From positions 186,001-250,000 of IMG/VR virus record IMGVR_UViG_3300043418_000072: a stretch of DNA of 64,000 nt; one strand, 5' to 3'. Below the pieces are notes generated by a model. It was not told the origin of the DNA. It was given only the letters and a program-made list of their open reading frames with translations, and ran no database searches. Shown one piece after another: positions 54,478 through 63,635 of this stretch (position 1 is its first letter; each line of letters starts with the position of its first letter). Both the position numbers and the translations under genes were made by a program.

Positions 54478-55596
54478 TTACTTGTTAAAATGCGCTGCGC
54501 CGAACTGCCCACGATTTACAATTTTAACCAGGCCATTTGGGCTCGGAAATACAAATCCTTCGCCACCGGGTTGGCCACCACTAAACTGTTCTAGTCCCTT
54601 AACTTGAGATTCAAGCTGTTGACTTAGGTTAACTTTAAACGCATAGATTGCGTTCCATATTGCTTTAAGGCCTATGTAACCTGGACTTTCGTCTAGGCCG
54701 CCTTCTGCATTTTGTGCATACAACGCACCAGGAGTTTCCTGATCGCCTACTAGGATTTGAAACTGCTTTCCGCTAGCTTTTGCTTTCAAGAACTCAACAA
54801 GATCCCTGCCTTCGGGCTGGTTAGTAATGCGCTTGTTAAAGAATTGCTGTAGCAGAGCTTTTGCTGTTCCAGACTGTGTAGCAAGGAACTGGTCCACAAT
54901 CGGGCCCCACTTTTTGATTGCTGCATCTGCTGCTTTAGAAAGCTGCACAGGTTCTTTGAGGCTAAACTTAATGCCTAAAGTAGGGTTAATAATAGCCACA
55001 CCGCCTGGAATATTACGCAAACCGTTGCCGTTCCATGGCGTTTTTGTACCACCAGGGGAATCAGACTGTACGTGTACAACAATGCCTGCAATAGTTCTGT
55101 TAATTAAATGTCCTAGTTCACTTTCAATGGGAACACGGTACTCAACAGTTGGGCCCTTAAACACAAAGCGTCCATGGATAGGAGTTAGTGGCTCGCTGTA
55201 CATTAGGTCACCGAAGAACCATCCTGGCCCAACAACTGCTTTATCTAATGCAGGCCACATTTGTGCTAGCTTTGCATATAAGTCATCACGAGTTGTTCCC
55301 GACTTCTTTTGTAAATCGTATTCACGCCATTGCTCGGGGCTAGTTGCTAGAACACCTTTGTCTGGCATGTACTTGTCAGTTACTACTAACTGTCCTTGTT
55401 CATTGCGACCGAACCACAATGCAATACCACCATCCCATTTAATACTCATATTACCAGCTTGGGCAATAGCACCCCTAAGTCCTGCAAGAGCTCGTGCAGC
55501 ATCTGCACTGCCATTGGGTCCAAAGATAGCATCCTCTGGATGGGGAATACGTGGATCTGCTGCTTCAGTCAGCATGTTAATAAAGCTGAATTTCAT
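54478..55596 (-). CDS. ATP-dependent ligase-fold nucleotidyltransferase (DUF6267-like)
   Basis: SIKWDG (motif I KxDG), FGDLMY (III), EGFV (IV), LVKIVNR (V); MLTE leader. Confidence 0.7.
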   Translation of the reverse strand: MKFSFINMLTEAADPRIPHPEDAIFGPNGSADAARALAGLRGAIAQAGNMSIKWDGGIALWFGRNEQGQLVVTDKYMPDKGVLATSPEQWREYDLQKKSGTTRDDLYAKLAQMWPALDKAVVGPGWFFGDLMYSEPLTPIHGRFVFKGPTVEYRVPIESELGHLINRTIAGIVVHVQSDSPGGTKTPWNGNGLRNIPGGVAIINPTLGIKFSLKEPVQLSKAADAAIKKWGPIVDQFLATQSGTAKALLQQFFNKRITNQPEGRDLVEFLKAKASGKQFQILVGDQETPGALYAQNAEGGLDESPGYIGLKAIWNAIYAFKVNLSQQLESQVKGLEQFSGGQPGGEGFVFPSPNGLVKIVNRGQFGAAHFNK

Positions 55597-56612
55597 TATG
55601 CGAATAGTCCTCTAACCATGTCAAGACCCTGCTGGATCTTTTGTCTGTCTTGTTCTGCTCTAGCAATAGCATCAGGTGTTTGTGCCTTGTCGCGTTTCTT
55701 GCCTGCGATATCAATCATGGCTTTTTCTTCGTAACGTTGCCAAAACTGCTGTATAAAATCCTGTGCGCTTGAGAAGTTAGCAAAATCGCCTTGTCCCATC
55801 ATGCCACTGGCTTCTGCGCTGCGGGCAAATCCCTTAACGCCGTTAACTAGTTTAGCAATTTTAACATCATTTAAGTCGTTGCCTGGAAATTGCTTTAGCA
55901 ATGAATCGATACGTGGTTGCACGCCTTGTTGTTGGGCTTCGTAGTTAAACAAATCTAGGATATAGGTGCTAGGGTTAGTTGTGATAGTAACAACTTGTGT
56001 GCCCTTTTGTTTACTAAACGGAACGTGTTGATTGTCAATAACCTTTAGCTGCACACCCGCATGTTGAATACTAATATCCAACAGCTCGCCTAGCACACTA
56101 AACATGTTGCCAGTTAGCAAGCCCTTGACCCCACGCTCAGGAGTAACACGGGCTGCGCCCCATTGCTCTAAACGCTCGGGATGCCACATAAAGTCAATCT
56201 GTACGTAATCGTTTGCGCCAATTTGGAAAATAGGGTGACCGGGTTTGCTTTCGCTTGTGTCCACATAAGGAGCATGACCTTCTTTAACAAACTGATCTGC
56301 TAGCTTGTTCCAGTTTCCTGTAAACTGTGCAAATGTTGCACCTTCAAACTCAGGTCCGATCATTTGTAAGTCAATGTCTCCGTAGACCTTGTCTGGTTGT
56401 TCTGCTGTGTCTGCTTCGTGATGTGCGCTGCTACCTGTAGGGCGGCCTCTGCGTACAGGGCCCAATCCCTTAGGCTCTAGCCATTTGTTAAAGTCCATAA
56501 CAAACTTGTCAACTACTGCTAGCGCAGGAGCAACAATTTTAGGATGTAGGACTGTGTTTTGTGTTAAGGTAGTGTCCCACCCACCTTCTCTTAGAATTTC
56601 AAAAATTTTCAT
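55596..56612 (-). CDS. Pol-beta superfamily (PolX-like) nucleotidyltransferase
   Basis: TGS...YGDIDL...VQIDFM three-Asp signature; MKIFEILRE leader. Confidence 0.7.
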   Translation of the reverse strand: MKIFEILREGGWDTTLTQNTVLHPKIVAPALAVVDKFVMDFNKWLEPKGLGPVRRGRPTGSSAHHEADTAEQPDKVYGDIDLQMIGPEFEGATFAQFTGNWNKLADQFVKEGHAPYVDTSESKPGHPIFQIGANDYVQIDFMWHPERLEQWGAARVTPERGVKGLLTGNMFSVLGELLDISIQHAGVQLKVIDNQHVPFSKQKGTQVVTITTNPSTYILDLFNYEAQQQGVQPRIDSLLKQFPGNDLNDVKIAKLVNGVKGFARSAEASGMMGQGDFANFSSAQDFIQQFWQRYEEKAMIDIAGKKRDKAQTPDAIARAEQDRQKIQQGLDMVRGLFA

Positions 56613-57367
56613 AGTAAACTGCTATACTTTCTAAACCACGTTGCTGTACCAGGTGCAACGTCTTCGGGTAATGTTAGTAATCCCTTGGATTGGTCCTGTC
56701 TGGCTTGTGCTAGTTTACCTTCGCGATCTGGGTCGTTTGTTAGTGCGGCCATAATAGTGCCTACACTGTTTAAATCTGCTGCCTTTGCTTTGGGATTAAG
56801 CAAAACTTTTGCGGCAGCATCTCTATTGTTTGCTACCACTTCGTTATTGTCTCTGCGCAATACGTTGCCAGCAAAGGCATCTACTTTAAGCCCAAGATGC
56901 TTACCAATGCTGTTTAACAAAATAAAGATTTGCGCTGCTTTAAACTTGGGATCTTCGTAACTGCCGCGTGGGCCATGCTGGTGCCAATCTGCTACACGGG
57001 TAGCATCTGGTATAACCATTAAGTCAACTTGAGCTGCACGATTGCCTGCTTCAGTTTTGTAAGGAACTTCAATATGCACGTTGCGACCTGAGATTTTGGC
57101 CTTGTAGCCTTTAGCCATCATAAACTCTGCTAGAGCTACTTTAGCTGCCTTCTCATCTGCTGCACCAAACTTCTTCATTACAGTCTCTGCATCTAAAAAC
57201 AAGTCCATGTCACCTGCTGATACTTTGAAGCCTGCTGAGCCAATGTCAGCAATGGCCTTTAGCCCAGCAGGTAGGTCTGCTTGTACATGGGCAATGATGC
57301 CCTGTACTGCCTCTTTGGGAATGTCGCCATCCCCGAAAATGTTTCCACCTTCGTACAAATGCATCAT
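56609..57367 (-). CDS. Pol-beta superfamily (PolX-like) nucleotidyltransferase
   Basis: IGSAG..SAGDMDL...QVDLM; thumb-like GS...IGKHLGLKV...G; HLYE leader. Confidence 0.72.
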   Translation of the reverse strand: MMHLYEGGNIFGDGDIPKEAVQGIIAHVQADLPAGLKAIADIGSAGFKVSAGDMDLFLDAETVMKKFGAADEKAAKVALAEFMMAKGYKAKISGRNVHIEVPYKTEAGNRAAQVDLMVIPDATRVADWHQHGPRGSYEDPKFKAAQIFILLNSIGKHLGLKVDAFAGNVLRRDNNEVVANNRDAAAKVLLNPKAKAADLNSVGTIMAALTNDPDREGKLAQARQDQSKGLLTLPEDVAPGTATWFRKYSSLL

Positions 57368-59790
57368 TTGATTCTCTTCATTTTACGCCATAGTGTTTCG
57401 GCTATGTCAATTTTGCTTTCAGCCATTGCTGGTTGTGCTGCTGCTGCGGCTTGTACTTTCTTGTTGTAAGCGTCCACTTCGGCAGGGGTTGCACCACCCG
57501 AAACAACCTTAGGTTGCTTTGGTTGCGCTGGTGTTGCTGGCTTAGCTGCTGTAGGAGTTGTGTTTACAGTAGTTGTAGTCTTACCGTAGCCGCCCATTTG
57601 CTGACCAAAGTTTGGTGCTGCTTTAGGAGCTGCTGGTTTAATTCCGGCCATCTTAGCTGCTGACGCATAATCAAATCCAGTTGATCCAGTTACCGGGGTT
57701 GGCTTTGCTGCTGGAGCAGTTGTGGTAGGAGCGGGTGTAGCTTGCGCTGTTGCTGCCGGAGCAGGTGTAGCTTGCGCTGTTGCTGCCGGAGCAGGTGTGG
57801 CTGCTGGCTGTTGTGCTGCTGCATATTGCGAACGTAAATTGTTCATCGCTGCGCCTGCTGTTTTAGATGCATCTGCAGGTGGTGCTTTTGCTCCGCCGGT
57901 GCTTGCTGCATTGTACGAGTCAACTGCTTGACCTGCTTGCTGTGCGCCAGCGCCTTTTAGCAAACTAGATAAGAATCCGCCCTTTGTGGCGTTTGCGGCC
58001 TGTGACGATTTGTCAAGCGGGATATTCATGTCGGCGAATACGCTGTTAATTAAGTTATCCTTGACACCTTGGTCTTTAAGAAACTTAACTAGGTCTTCGC
58101 TGTTTACAGTCGGGGCTGCTGCTAACTTTGCGCCACGACGCCAATTCATGTCTAGCTTATCGTAAGTGATATTGTTAGTTGCTGCGTCTGCGCCAGCTGC
58201 GGCAATACGTTTTAGCGGTGCTGTTGCTTTACCAATTGCTGCGCCAGCTTGTTGGTTAAACGACTTTAGCTTATCTAATGCACCTTCGTTTAAACTTGCT
58301 TTAGCGATTGCACGGAAAATAGCTTTACGACCAGATTCTGTAATCTGTACGCCACCACGTGCTTTGCCCATACCTTCGCGTAAGACCCACATACGGATAG
58401 TCATGTCACGATCAATGTAGCTTTCACGTAAACGGATACCGTTTGCTGCGGCTCTGTTTAAACGATCAATGTAGGCATTACTAGTTGGTACATAGTTTCC
58501 TTGGGCACCTTGTTGAGTTGCGTAATCTGCGTCTACTTTATCCTGCACCGTTTTGTTTAATTCAACTTGGTTGCGGGCTTGCTGTGCAAAATCTGTAGAC
58601 GGTTCTGCAACTGGTGTTGCGGCTTGCTGTGCTGCGCTTATGTTTGATGTTCGACCACTTAATTCGTCGGCTTGTGCTTGCGGCATTGTGCTAGACGCAG
58701 TTGGTCCACCTGCGCCAACCCCATTGGCATAAACATTACTGCCAGTCTCTGCAGGGATATTGATATTTTGTCCTACTGCAATCTTGTGTACATCAGTGAT
58801 CTCTGGGTTAGCAGCTTGTAATTCTTCTACTGATACACCATTGGCTTTGGCAATCTGACTCAGTGACTCACCTTTTGTTACAGTGTGTTGAATTACTTCG
58901 CCTGCATCAACTCCGCCCATGTCTACACTACCAGCGCCAGTTGGCTGTAAGCTATTGCTAACCGAAATATCTTGTAACTGCGCTGCTGGCATTCCAGTAG
59001 CTTGCTCAATTGCTGTTTTACCCGCTTCATCTGCATCAAGCCACTGCTGTGCTGCATCTACATCTGCTTGTGCGTTCATTGCTGCATCGGCGTCAGGTAA
59101 TTGTAAATCTTGGCTTGCTTCTGGCTCAGCTGCTGCATCCGGCTCTGTAGTTGCTGCATCTGGTGCATCGGCTAATAAGTCTTTTGCCACGTGCATAGCT
59201 GCTACAGTTCCGCCTGTTGCTAATGCGCTACCAACTGCGCTAGAGAATTTGTTACCTTGCAACATTTTGTTAGCAAATGTTAATCCTGCTGCGATACCAA
59301 CTGGGCCAAGGCCCGAACCTGCTAAACCCGCAAGACCAACTACGATTGCTTTAATAGCAAGAGCCATGCCCGGTACTTTACTTAATTCACGGTACCAATC
59401 AAGCGCCTGTTGCACCTTGCCTGCGTCGCCGCCTGCTGCTGACATAATTTCTTTTTGCGCTTGGTCGATCATTGCATCTAAGCCAGCAACTGGTCCAGAA
59501 TTACCAATCCAGTTACCAACGTCTTTAAATGCAGAAGATACTTTACCAGCAACGTCAACGCCTTTACCTAATAGGGTACGGTTGCTTGCTTGATCGTCTG
59601 TAGAGAATTCTGTGTTTGCACCTGCTGCTGCGCCGTCGGCTACACGCTGAAATGCTTGTTTGACTTGATCTTGTGTTAGGTCTGCTTCTTTAAGCAAGCG
59701 ACCGAGATTGTACAATTTCTTGTAATTTGGATCTTCAATTAATCGTTGCTTTGCTCTTACATTTTCCGATAGGATGCTGTTAATTCTCAT
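57364..59790 (-). CDS. large LysM-domain virion (ejection-like) protein
   Basis: HTVTKGESLSQIAKANGVSVEELQAANPEI...IAVGQNINIP (LysM); hydrophobic Gly-rich hairpin; Ala/Pro-rich linkers; MRINSILSE leader. Confidence 0.8.
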   Translation of the reverse strand: MRINSILSENVRAKQRLIEDPNYKKLYNLGRLLKEADLTQDQVKQAFQRVADGAAAGANTEFSTDDQASNRTLLGKGVDVAGKVSSAFKDVGNWIGNSGPVAGLDAMIDQAQKEIMSAAGGDAGKVQQALDWYRELSKVPGMALAIKAIVVGLAGLAGSGLGPVGIAAGLTFANKMLQGNKFSSAVGSALATGGTVAAMHVAKDLLADAPDAATTEPDAAAEPEASQDLQLPDADAAMNAQADVDAAQQWLDADEAGKTAIEQATGMPAAQLQDISVSNSLQPTGAGSVDMGGVDAGEVIQHTVTKGESLSQIAKANGVSVEELQAANPEITDVHKIAVGQNINIPAETGSNVYANGVGAGGPTASSTMPQAQADELSGRTSNISAAQQAATPVAEPSTDFAQQARNQVELNKTVQDKVDADYATQQGAQGNYVPTSNAYIDRLNRAAANGIRLRESYIDRDMTIRMWVLREGMGKARGGVQITESGRKAIFRAIAKASLNEGALDKLKSFNQQAGAAIGKATAPLKRIAAAGADAATNNITYDKLDMNWRRGAKLAAAPTVNSEDLVKFLKDQGVKDNLINSVFADMNIPLDKSSQAANATKGGFLSSLLKGAGAQQAGQAVDSYNAASTGGAKAPPADASKTAGAAMNNLRSQYAAAQQPAATPAPAATAQATPAPAATAQATPAPTTTAPAAKPTPVTGSTGFDYASAAKMAGIKPAAPKAAPNFGQQMGGYGKTTTTVNTTPTAAKPATPAQPKQPKVVSGGATPAEVDAYNKKVQAAAAAQPAMAESKIDIAETLWRKMKRIK
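57728..57798. repeat. 30-bp in-frame tandem repeat (about 2.4 copies, ATPAPAATAQ)
   Basis: GGAGC(A/G)GGTGTAGCTTGCGCTGTTGCTGCC repeated. Confidence 0.85.
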
Positions 59791-60031
59791 TGTTTCTTAG
59801 TCTCCGTACACCACGTGTGAATTTTTGTGGATCCTGCGAACGGATACTGTTTAGAAGCCTACGCTCAAGTTCAGCAGATGTCTCAGCATCATAATTTTCC
59901 TTGATATAGTTTACTAAATTGATAGCACTAGCGATCACATTATTAGCACGGCTTTCAATAAGGCTTTCTTTGTCCTTTTGTGCACCGATACTAGCAAGTT
60001 CGTCTAGGATACTACGAGTACGTTTTTGCAA
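59780..60031 (-). CDS. conserved late hypothetical protein
   Basis: Probable TTG start (MQKRTRSILDEL) after GGAG; LERRLLNSIRSQDPQKF. Confidence 0.7.
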   Translation of the reverse strand: MQKRTRSILDELASIGAQKDKESLIESRANNVIASAINLVNYIKENYDAETSAELERRLLNSIRSQDPQKFTRGVRRLRNNEN

Positions 60032-60053
60032 GATTTGCTCCAATTTAGTATAT

Positions 60054-60076
60054 TTAGTTGGCGAATCGCCAACTAA
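60054..60076. terminator. perfect 10-bp hairpin after the helicase gene, overlapping a late promoter
   Basis: TTAGTTGGCG-AAT-CGCCAACTAA; CTAAATA on minus at 60051-60057. Confidence 0.55.
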
Positions 60077-60085
60077 CGAAGTTGA

Positions 60086-61531
60086 TTATTCTTTGTTGCT
60101 TTTAAGCCCAGCTAACATCTGCTTTAGCTTGTTGCTTTGTACTTCGCCTGTTACCTTGGGGCCTTGTTCCCACGCTGGAGTTCCTGTTGCACGTTTAAAC
60201 TCAGTGGGGCCTTCGTCATCATCGGACGCTGCTGGTTTGTTCTTAATCTGATTCATAATGCCAGCAAGTCTAGGTGGGCCGCCATTGCCACTGCTTTCGT
60301 CAATGCCTGGGTCAGTGATACGCATAGTTTCAATGTTGTACTCAAGATCGATCTTTTGCCCGACACCTGTAGAACTACGTGACTTCATACACTGTATTTG
60401 ATACTTGCCACGTTCTTTCATAGCACGACTAGTAAAGATACCAAACACGTTGTCAGCCGTGTTAATCTTAGAGATACCGCCAGCAATGTGACTGTGATCA
60501 AATTCAACTTCTTCAACCGCACTACGGTTCAACTGCGATGCTGTAACTAACAAGATACCCAGTTCCTTTGCCAAGTTACGCAACTCTTCTGCTACATACT
60601 TGTCTTTAATAAACTGGTCGTTAGGGTTAACTTTAACTGATACCGGCATAACCAAGTCAAGGTAGTCAACCATTACAAAGTCAACTTTGATGCCTGTTTG
60701 TAATTGCACTTCCTTTAGGTAAGCACGAATGTCGTTAACGTTACTCTGCGCTGGTAATGCCTTAATGCGATACTGCCCAGACTTTTTGCTAACCAGCTTA
60801 ACTTTAAGTGTTGTGGTATCAATGTCCTTGCGAATGTCTTTTGTGCCCATGCCAGTTAACATAGCATCAGTACGCAATGATGTAAGTTCTTCGCTCAATT
60901 CTAGCGTAACATATACACCACTTAGTCCTGCTTGCAACCAGCTTAGGGCAATGTTCATCATAACAAGAGATTTGCCCGAGCCAGATCCGCCTGCAAAGAT
61001 GTTTAGTTCGCCTCGGCTAAATCCGCCGTACAATAGTCGATCCAGTTGCGGCCATCCAGTACTTACTTGTCCGCCACTGTTGTAATATTTGTTAATACGA
61101 CCTGCTGGGTCAGCAAAGTAATCTGTACCCATGTCTTTTTGCAAACTGATCTGCACTGCATCCTTGATCAGTTTCTCTACAGGATCAAAGTCTCCTGCCT
61201 CAAGCATGTCCGCTGCTTTAAGGATAGCACGTTCTAGTTCTTGGCGCTTAGTAAATTGTTCAAACTCAGTCAGGAACCATTCAGTATGCCCTTCGCCTAC
61301 GTCAGGAATCGCCTTGAGTTCTACTCCAGTAACTGCTTTAATCTGGTCATAGCCTGGTAATGTTTTAAAGTCATTACTGTGTGTCTTGATAAATTCTGCT
61401 GCTGCTCTAATGCTACGATCAAAGTTGTCAGGATTGTAAATATTTGCTACCCGCACATACGATTGTGCATCCTGTAACATCATTTCTAAAAATAGTTTTT
61501 GTAAATCGGTACTGTATTCTTTTGTTGCCAT
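60086..61531 (-). CDS. replicative DNA helicase (T4 gp41/DnaB-like)
   Basis: STGW..LD, GGSGSGKS, TLELSE, VDYLD, TASQLNR, KSR. Confidence 0.95.
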   Translation of the reverse strand: MATKEYSTDLQKLFLEMMLQDAQSYVRVANIYNPDNFDRSIRAAAEFIKTHSNDFKTLPGYDQIKAVTGVELKAIPDVGEGHTEWFLTEFEQFTKRQELERAILKAADMLEAGDFDPVEKLIKDAVQISLQKDMGTDYFADPAGRINKYYNSGGQVSTGWPQLDRLLYGGFSRGELNIFAGGSGSGKSLVMMNIALSWLQAGLSGVYVTLELSEELTSLRTDAMLTGMGTKDIRKDIDTTTLKVKLVSKKSGQYRIKALPAQSNVNDIRAYLKEVQLQTGIKVDFVMVDYLDLVMPVSVKVNPNDQFIKDKYVAEELRNLAKELGILLVTASQLNRSAVEEVEFDHSHIAGGISKINTADNVFGIFTSRAMKERGKYQIQCMKSRSSTGVGQKIDLEYNIETMRITDPGIDESSGNGGPPRLAGIMNQIKNKPAASDDDEGPTEFKRATGTPAWEQGPKVTGEVQSNKLKQMLAGLKSNKE

Positions 61532-61543
61532 GTAATTTTCCTG

Positions 61544-62602
61544 TTAGCTATTATATATGCGGCGCTTCATAAGCTCAATCTTTAATCTGCTCGTTTGCTT
61601 GCCCTCTAAGATACTCTTCATAGTAAATAGCTTGCCGTATGATTCAACTGCATTTGCAGTGTCTTTAACCAGTTCTCGCCAGACTGGGAAACTAACAGAC
61701 CAGCCATATTCAATTGCTTGGTCTACTAACTTTTCTCCAGCCCACACCATCTTGCCCTTAACCTCTTTAATGTCAAAGTCTGGAACTACAATAGCTTCGC
61801 GACCAAGAGATTCGATAATGTCTGCTTGAGTCTCATTACATTCGGAGCCCAGAATAGCAACACCGTCAACAGACATCGCATCAAACGGACCTTCCATAAC
61901 AAGAACAAACTTGCTAGTATCCAGCTGCTCATCCATATTAAAGACAAAATTAGGCTCATGGTGGTTGTGGTACTTGGGCTTAACGTTGTTGTCCCATGTT
62001 CTTGCTGTGTATCCAATTATCTGTCCTTTCCACTTAAATGGAACAATTACACGTTTGTGCAAATTGTATGCTTCGTTCTCTGTAGTGTAGAAATCGTACC
62101 TGCTGTAATCAATTTTACGATTGTAAATGTAGTTAAATGCACTAGCAAATTGTGGATGCACAGGCTCATCGTCGTCTTGCAAACGCAGGAATGTCTCCCA
62201 CTCCTTGAAACTCACTGCATCCTCTGGTAGTGCCCGTACCTTAAAAGAAACTTCTTCTCGCTCTTCTTTAATAGTCTCGGGTGCAACCAGATCTTTAACT
62301 CGTAGTGCGTCAATAACCAAACGCTTTACTTCGTTCTCGCTTGCACCGAGCCAACCCAATAGCTTACGAAATTTATAGTTTAAGTGGCGACCCGGTGTGT
62401 AGTTGGCTTTGAACCCACAGTTAAAACAGTGATAGCTAGTACCGCCATCTGCGTTCATTACAAGGCCGCCTCTGCCCCGTGTGTCTGCGCTTTCGCCATT
62501 GTGAGTGCAACACACGCCGTTGAAACTGATCCAGCCATTGGAACTGGTTTTCTTTTTAGCAGGAAGTATTTGACGCACTGCGTCTTGGATGGTATTAAAC
62601 AT
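61544..62602 (-). CDS. DNA primase (T4 gp61-like)
   Basis: Zn finger CC...YHCFNCG, GYTAR, KY, EGPFD (TOPRIM), PDFD. Confidence 0.92.
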   Translation of the reverse strand: MFNTIQDAVRQILPAKKKTSSNGWISFNGVCCTHNGESADTRGRGGLVMNADGGTSYHCFNCGFKANYTPGRHLNYKFRKLLGWLGASENEVKRLVIDALRVKDLVAPETIKEEREEVSFKVRALPEDAVSFKEWETFLRLQDDDEPVHPQFASAFNYIYNRKIDYSRYDFYTTENEAYNLHKRVIVPFKWKGQIIGYTARTWDNNVKPKYHNHHEPNFVFNMDEQLDTSKFVLVMEGPFDAMSVDGVAILGSECNETQADIIESLGREAIVVPDFDIKEVKGKMVWAGEKLVDQAIEYGWSVSFPVWRELVKDTANAVESYGKLFTMKSILEGKQTSRLKIELMKRRIYNS

Positions 62603-63564
62603 TATCGTTGATCTTCTAAGTTAGCTGCTTCAATTTGCGCCAACTGTTCTCGCTCTACATCACTAACAGTAATATTGCTGCCATCTTTTGTGGGCAAGAC
62701 ATTGCCTTGCACTGACCAGCATTTGGGTCGATCTAGGTTACAAAACAACCACACAAGGCGTTCAGCCGTTTCCCCAATCACTGCTCTTACTGCATCTCTA
62801 TCGGATGTACTTGAGTATGTAAAGATACTAGTGCCATATACACTGTGGAACAATCCTGCTAGGCATACATCAATGTTTTGCTTTTTGTTTTGCAGAATCT
62901 GATACGTGCCCATTAAATGACTTTTTAGTGTGCCTTTGGCGTGCTGTGTTTTATCTGCGCCAATTTGATTAAGCAAGGCTGTGTATTTTGCTTCAATGAT
63001 ATCTGGTGCAGAATCTAAACGTATCTTGTATACTAACACTTCTCTCAGCTCATTGCAAGTCTTACTAACAGGTCTGGCTGCATGTAATTGGTTGCAGGGG
63101 AATTTCACAATGCGCCTAAATCTTGGTATTACTGACTGCTGGATATCTTTACCCTCTATATCAAGGATAACGGTTTCTCCTGCCCAGTTCATTTGCCATT
63201 CTCTATTGAGATAGAGCATGACTGTGTATTCCCCATCTCGGTTGCTGTCTGTGTGCATTGCACCTTCGGTGCCAAACGTATATGCGTTTACGTAACATCG
63301 TAACAGTTTACATGGCTCTACAATAATGTCACGTTTGATAACGTCCCAAACTTGTGATTCTAATTCGTAGCCGGGCTTATTGTAAAACTTATGTGAAACG
63401 TCATCTACTCCGTTTAGTCCGCCATCAGCAATACCATGATGCCAATGGTTCAAGGAAGACTTGACGTTACCTGCCCAGTAGTAACTAAAACGAAATCGAC
63501 GATACTTGTTCCATAATTCAATGGCTGTTGTATCGTCGATTGCTGAATCAAAAACTTTAATCAT
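62602..63564 (-). CDS. 2OG-Fe(II) prolyl-hydroxylase-like domain fused to a DUF6817 (HD-like) domain
   Basis: MHTD...WAGET...LHAA...R; then H...L..HL.GT..IL...CLAGLFHSVYGT. Confidence 0.8.
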   Translation of the reverse strand: MIKVFDSAIDDTTAIELWNKYRRFRFSYYWAGNVKSSLNHWHHGIADGGLNGVDDVSHKFYNKPGYELESQVWDVIKRDIIVEPCKLLRCYVNAYTFGTEGAMHTDSNRDGEYTVMLYLNREWQMNWAGETVILDIEGKDIQQSVIPRFRRIVKFPCNQLHAARPVSKTCNELREVLVYKIRLDSAPDIIEAKYTALLNQIGADKTQHAKGTLKSHLMGTYQILQNKKQNIDVCLAGLFHSVYGTSIFTYSSTSDRDAVRAVIGETAERLVWLFCNLDRPKCWSVQGNVLPTKDGSNITVSDVEREQLAQIEAANLEDQR

Positions 63565-63599
63565 ATAGTAGTTTATACTAAATGACAACTTAAATCAAC

Positions 63600-63622
63600 A
63601 AAAAAGGACCAAAGTCCTTTTT
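63600..63622. terminator. bidirectional intrinsic terminator
   Basis: AAAAAAGGAC-CAAA-GTCCTTTTT. Confidence 0.8.
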
Positions 63623-63635
63623 GTTTTATGCCATA

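Noticed and set aside
54827-55615. Long plus-strand ORFs (also 58919..59593, 38833..39387, 3802..4362 and similar)
   Set aside because: Antisense shadows of well-supported minus-strand genes, with no RBS or motifs
57728-57798. 30-bp direct repeat as a mini-CRISPR or att site
   Set aside because: Tandem without spacers, in frame, and encodes an Ala/Pro/Thr linker
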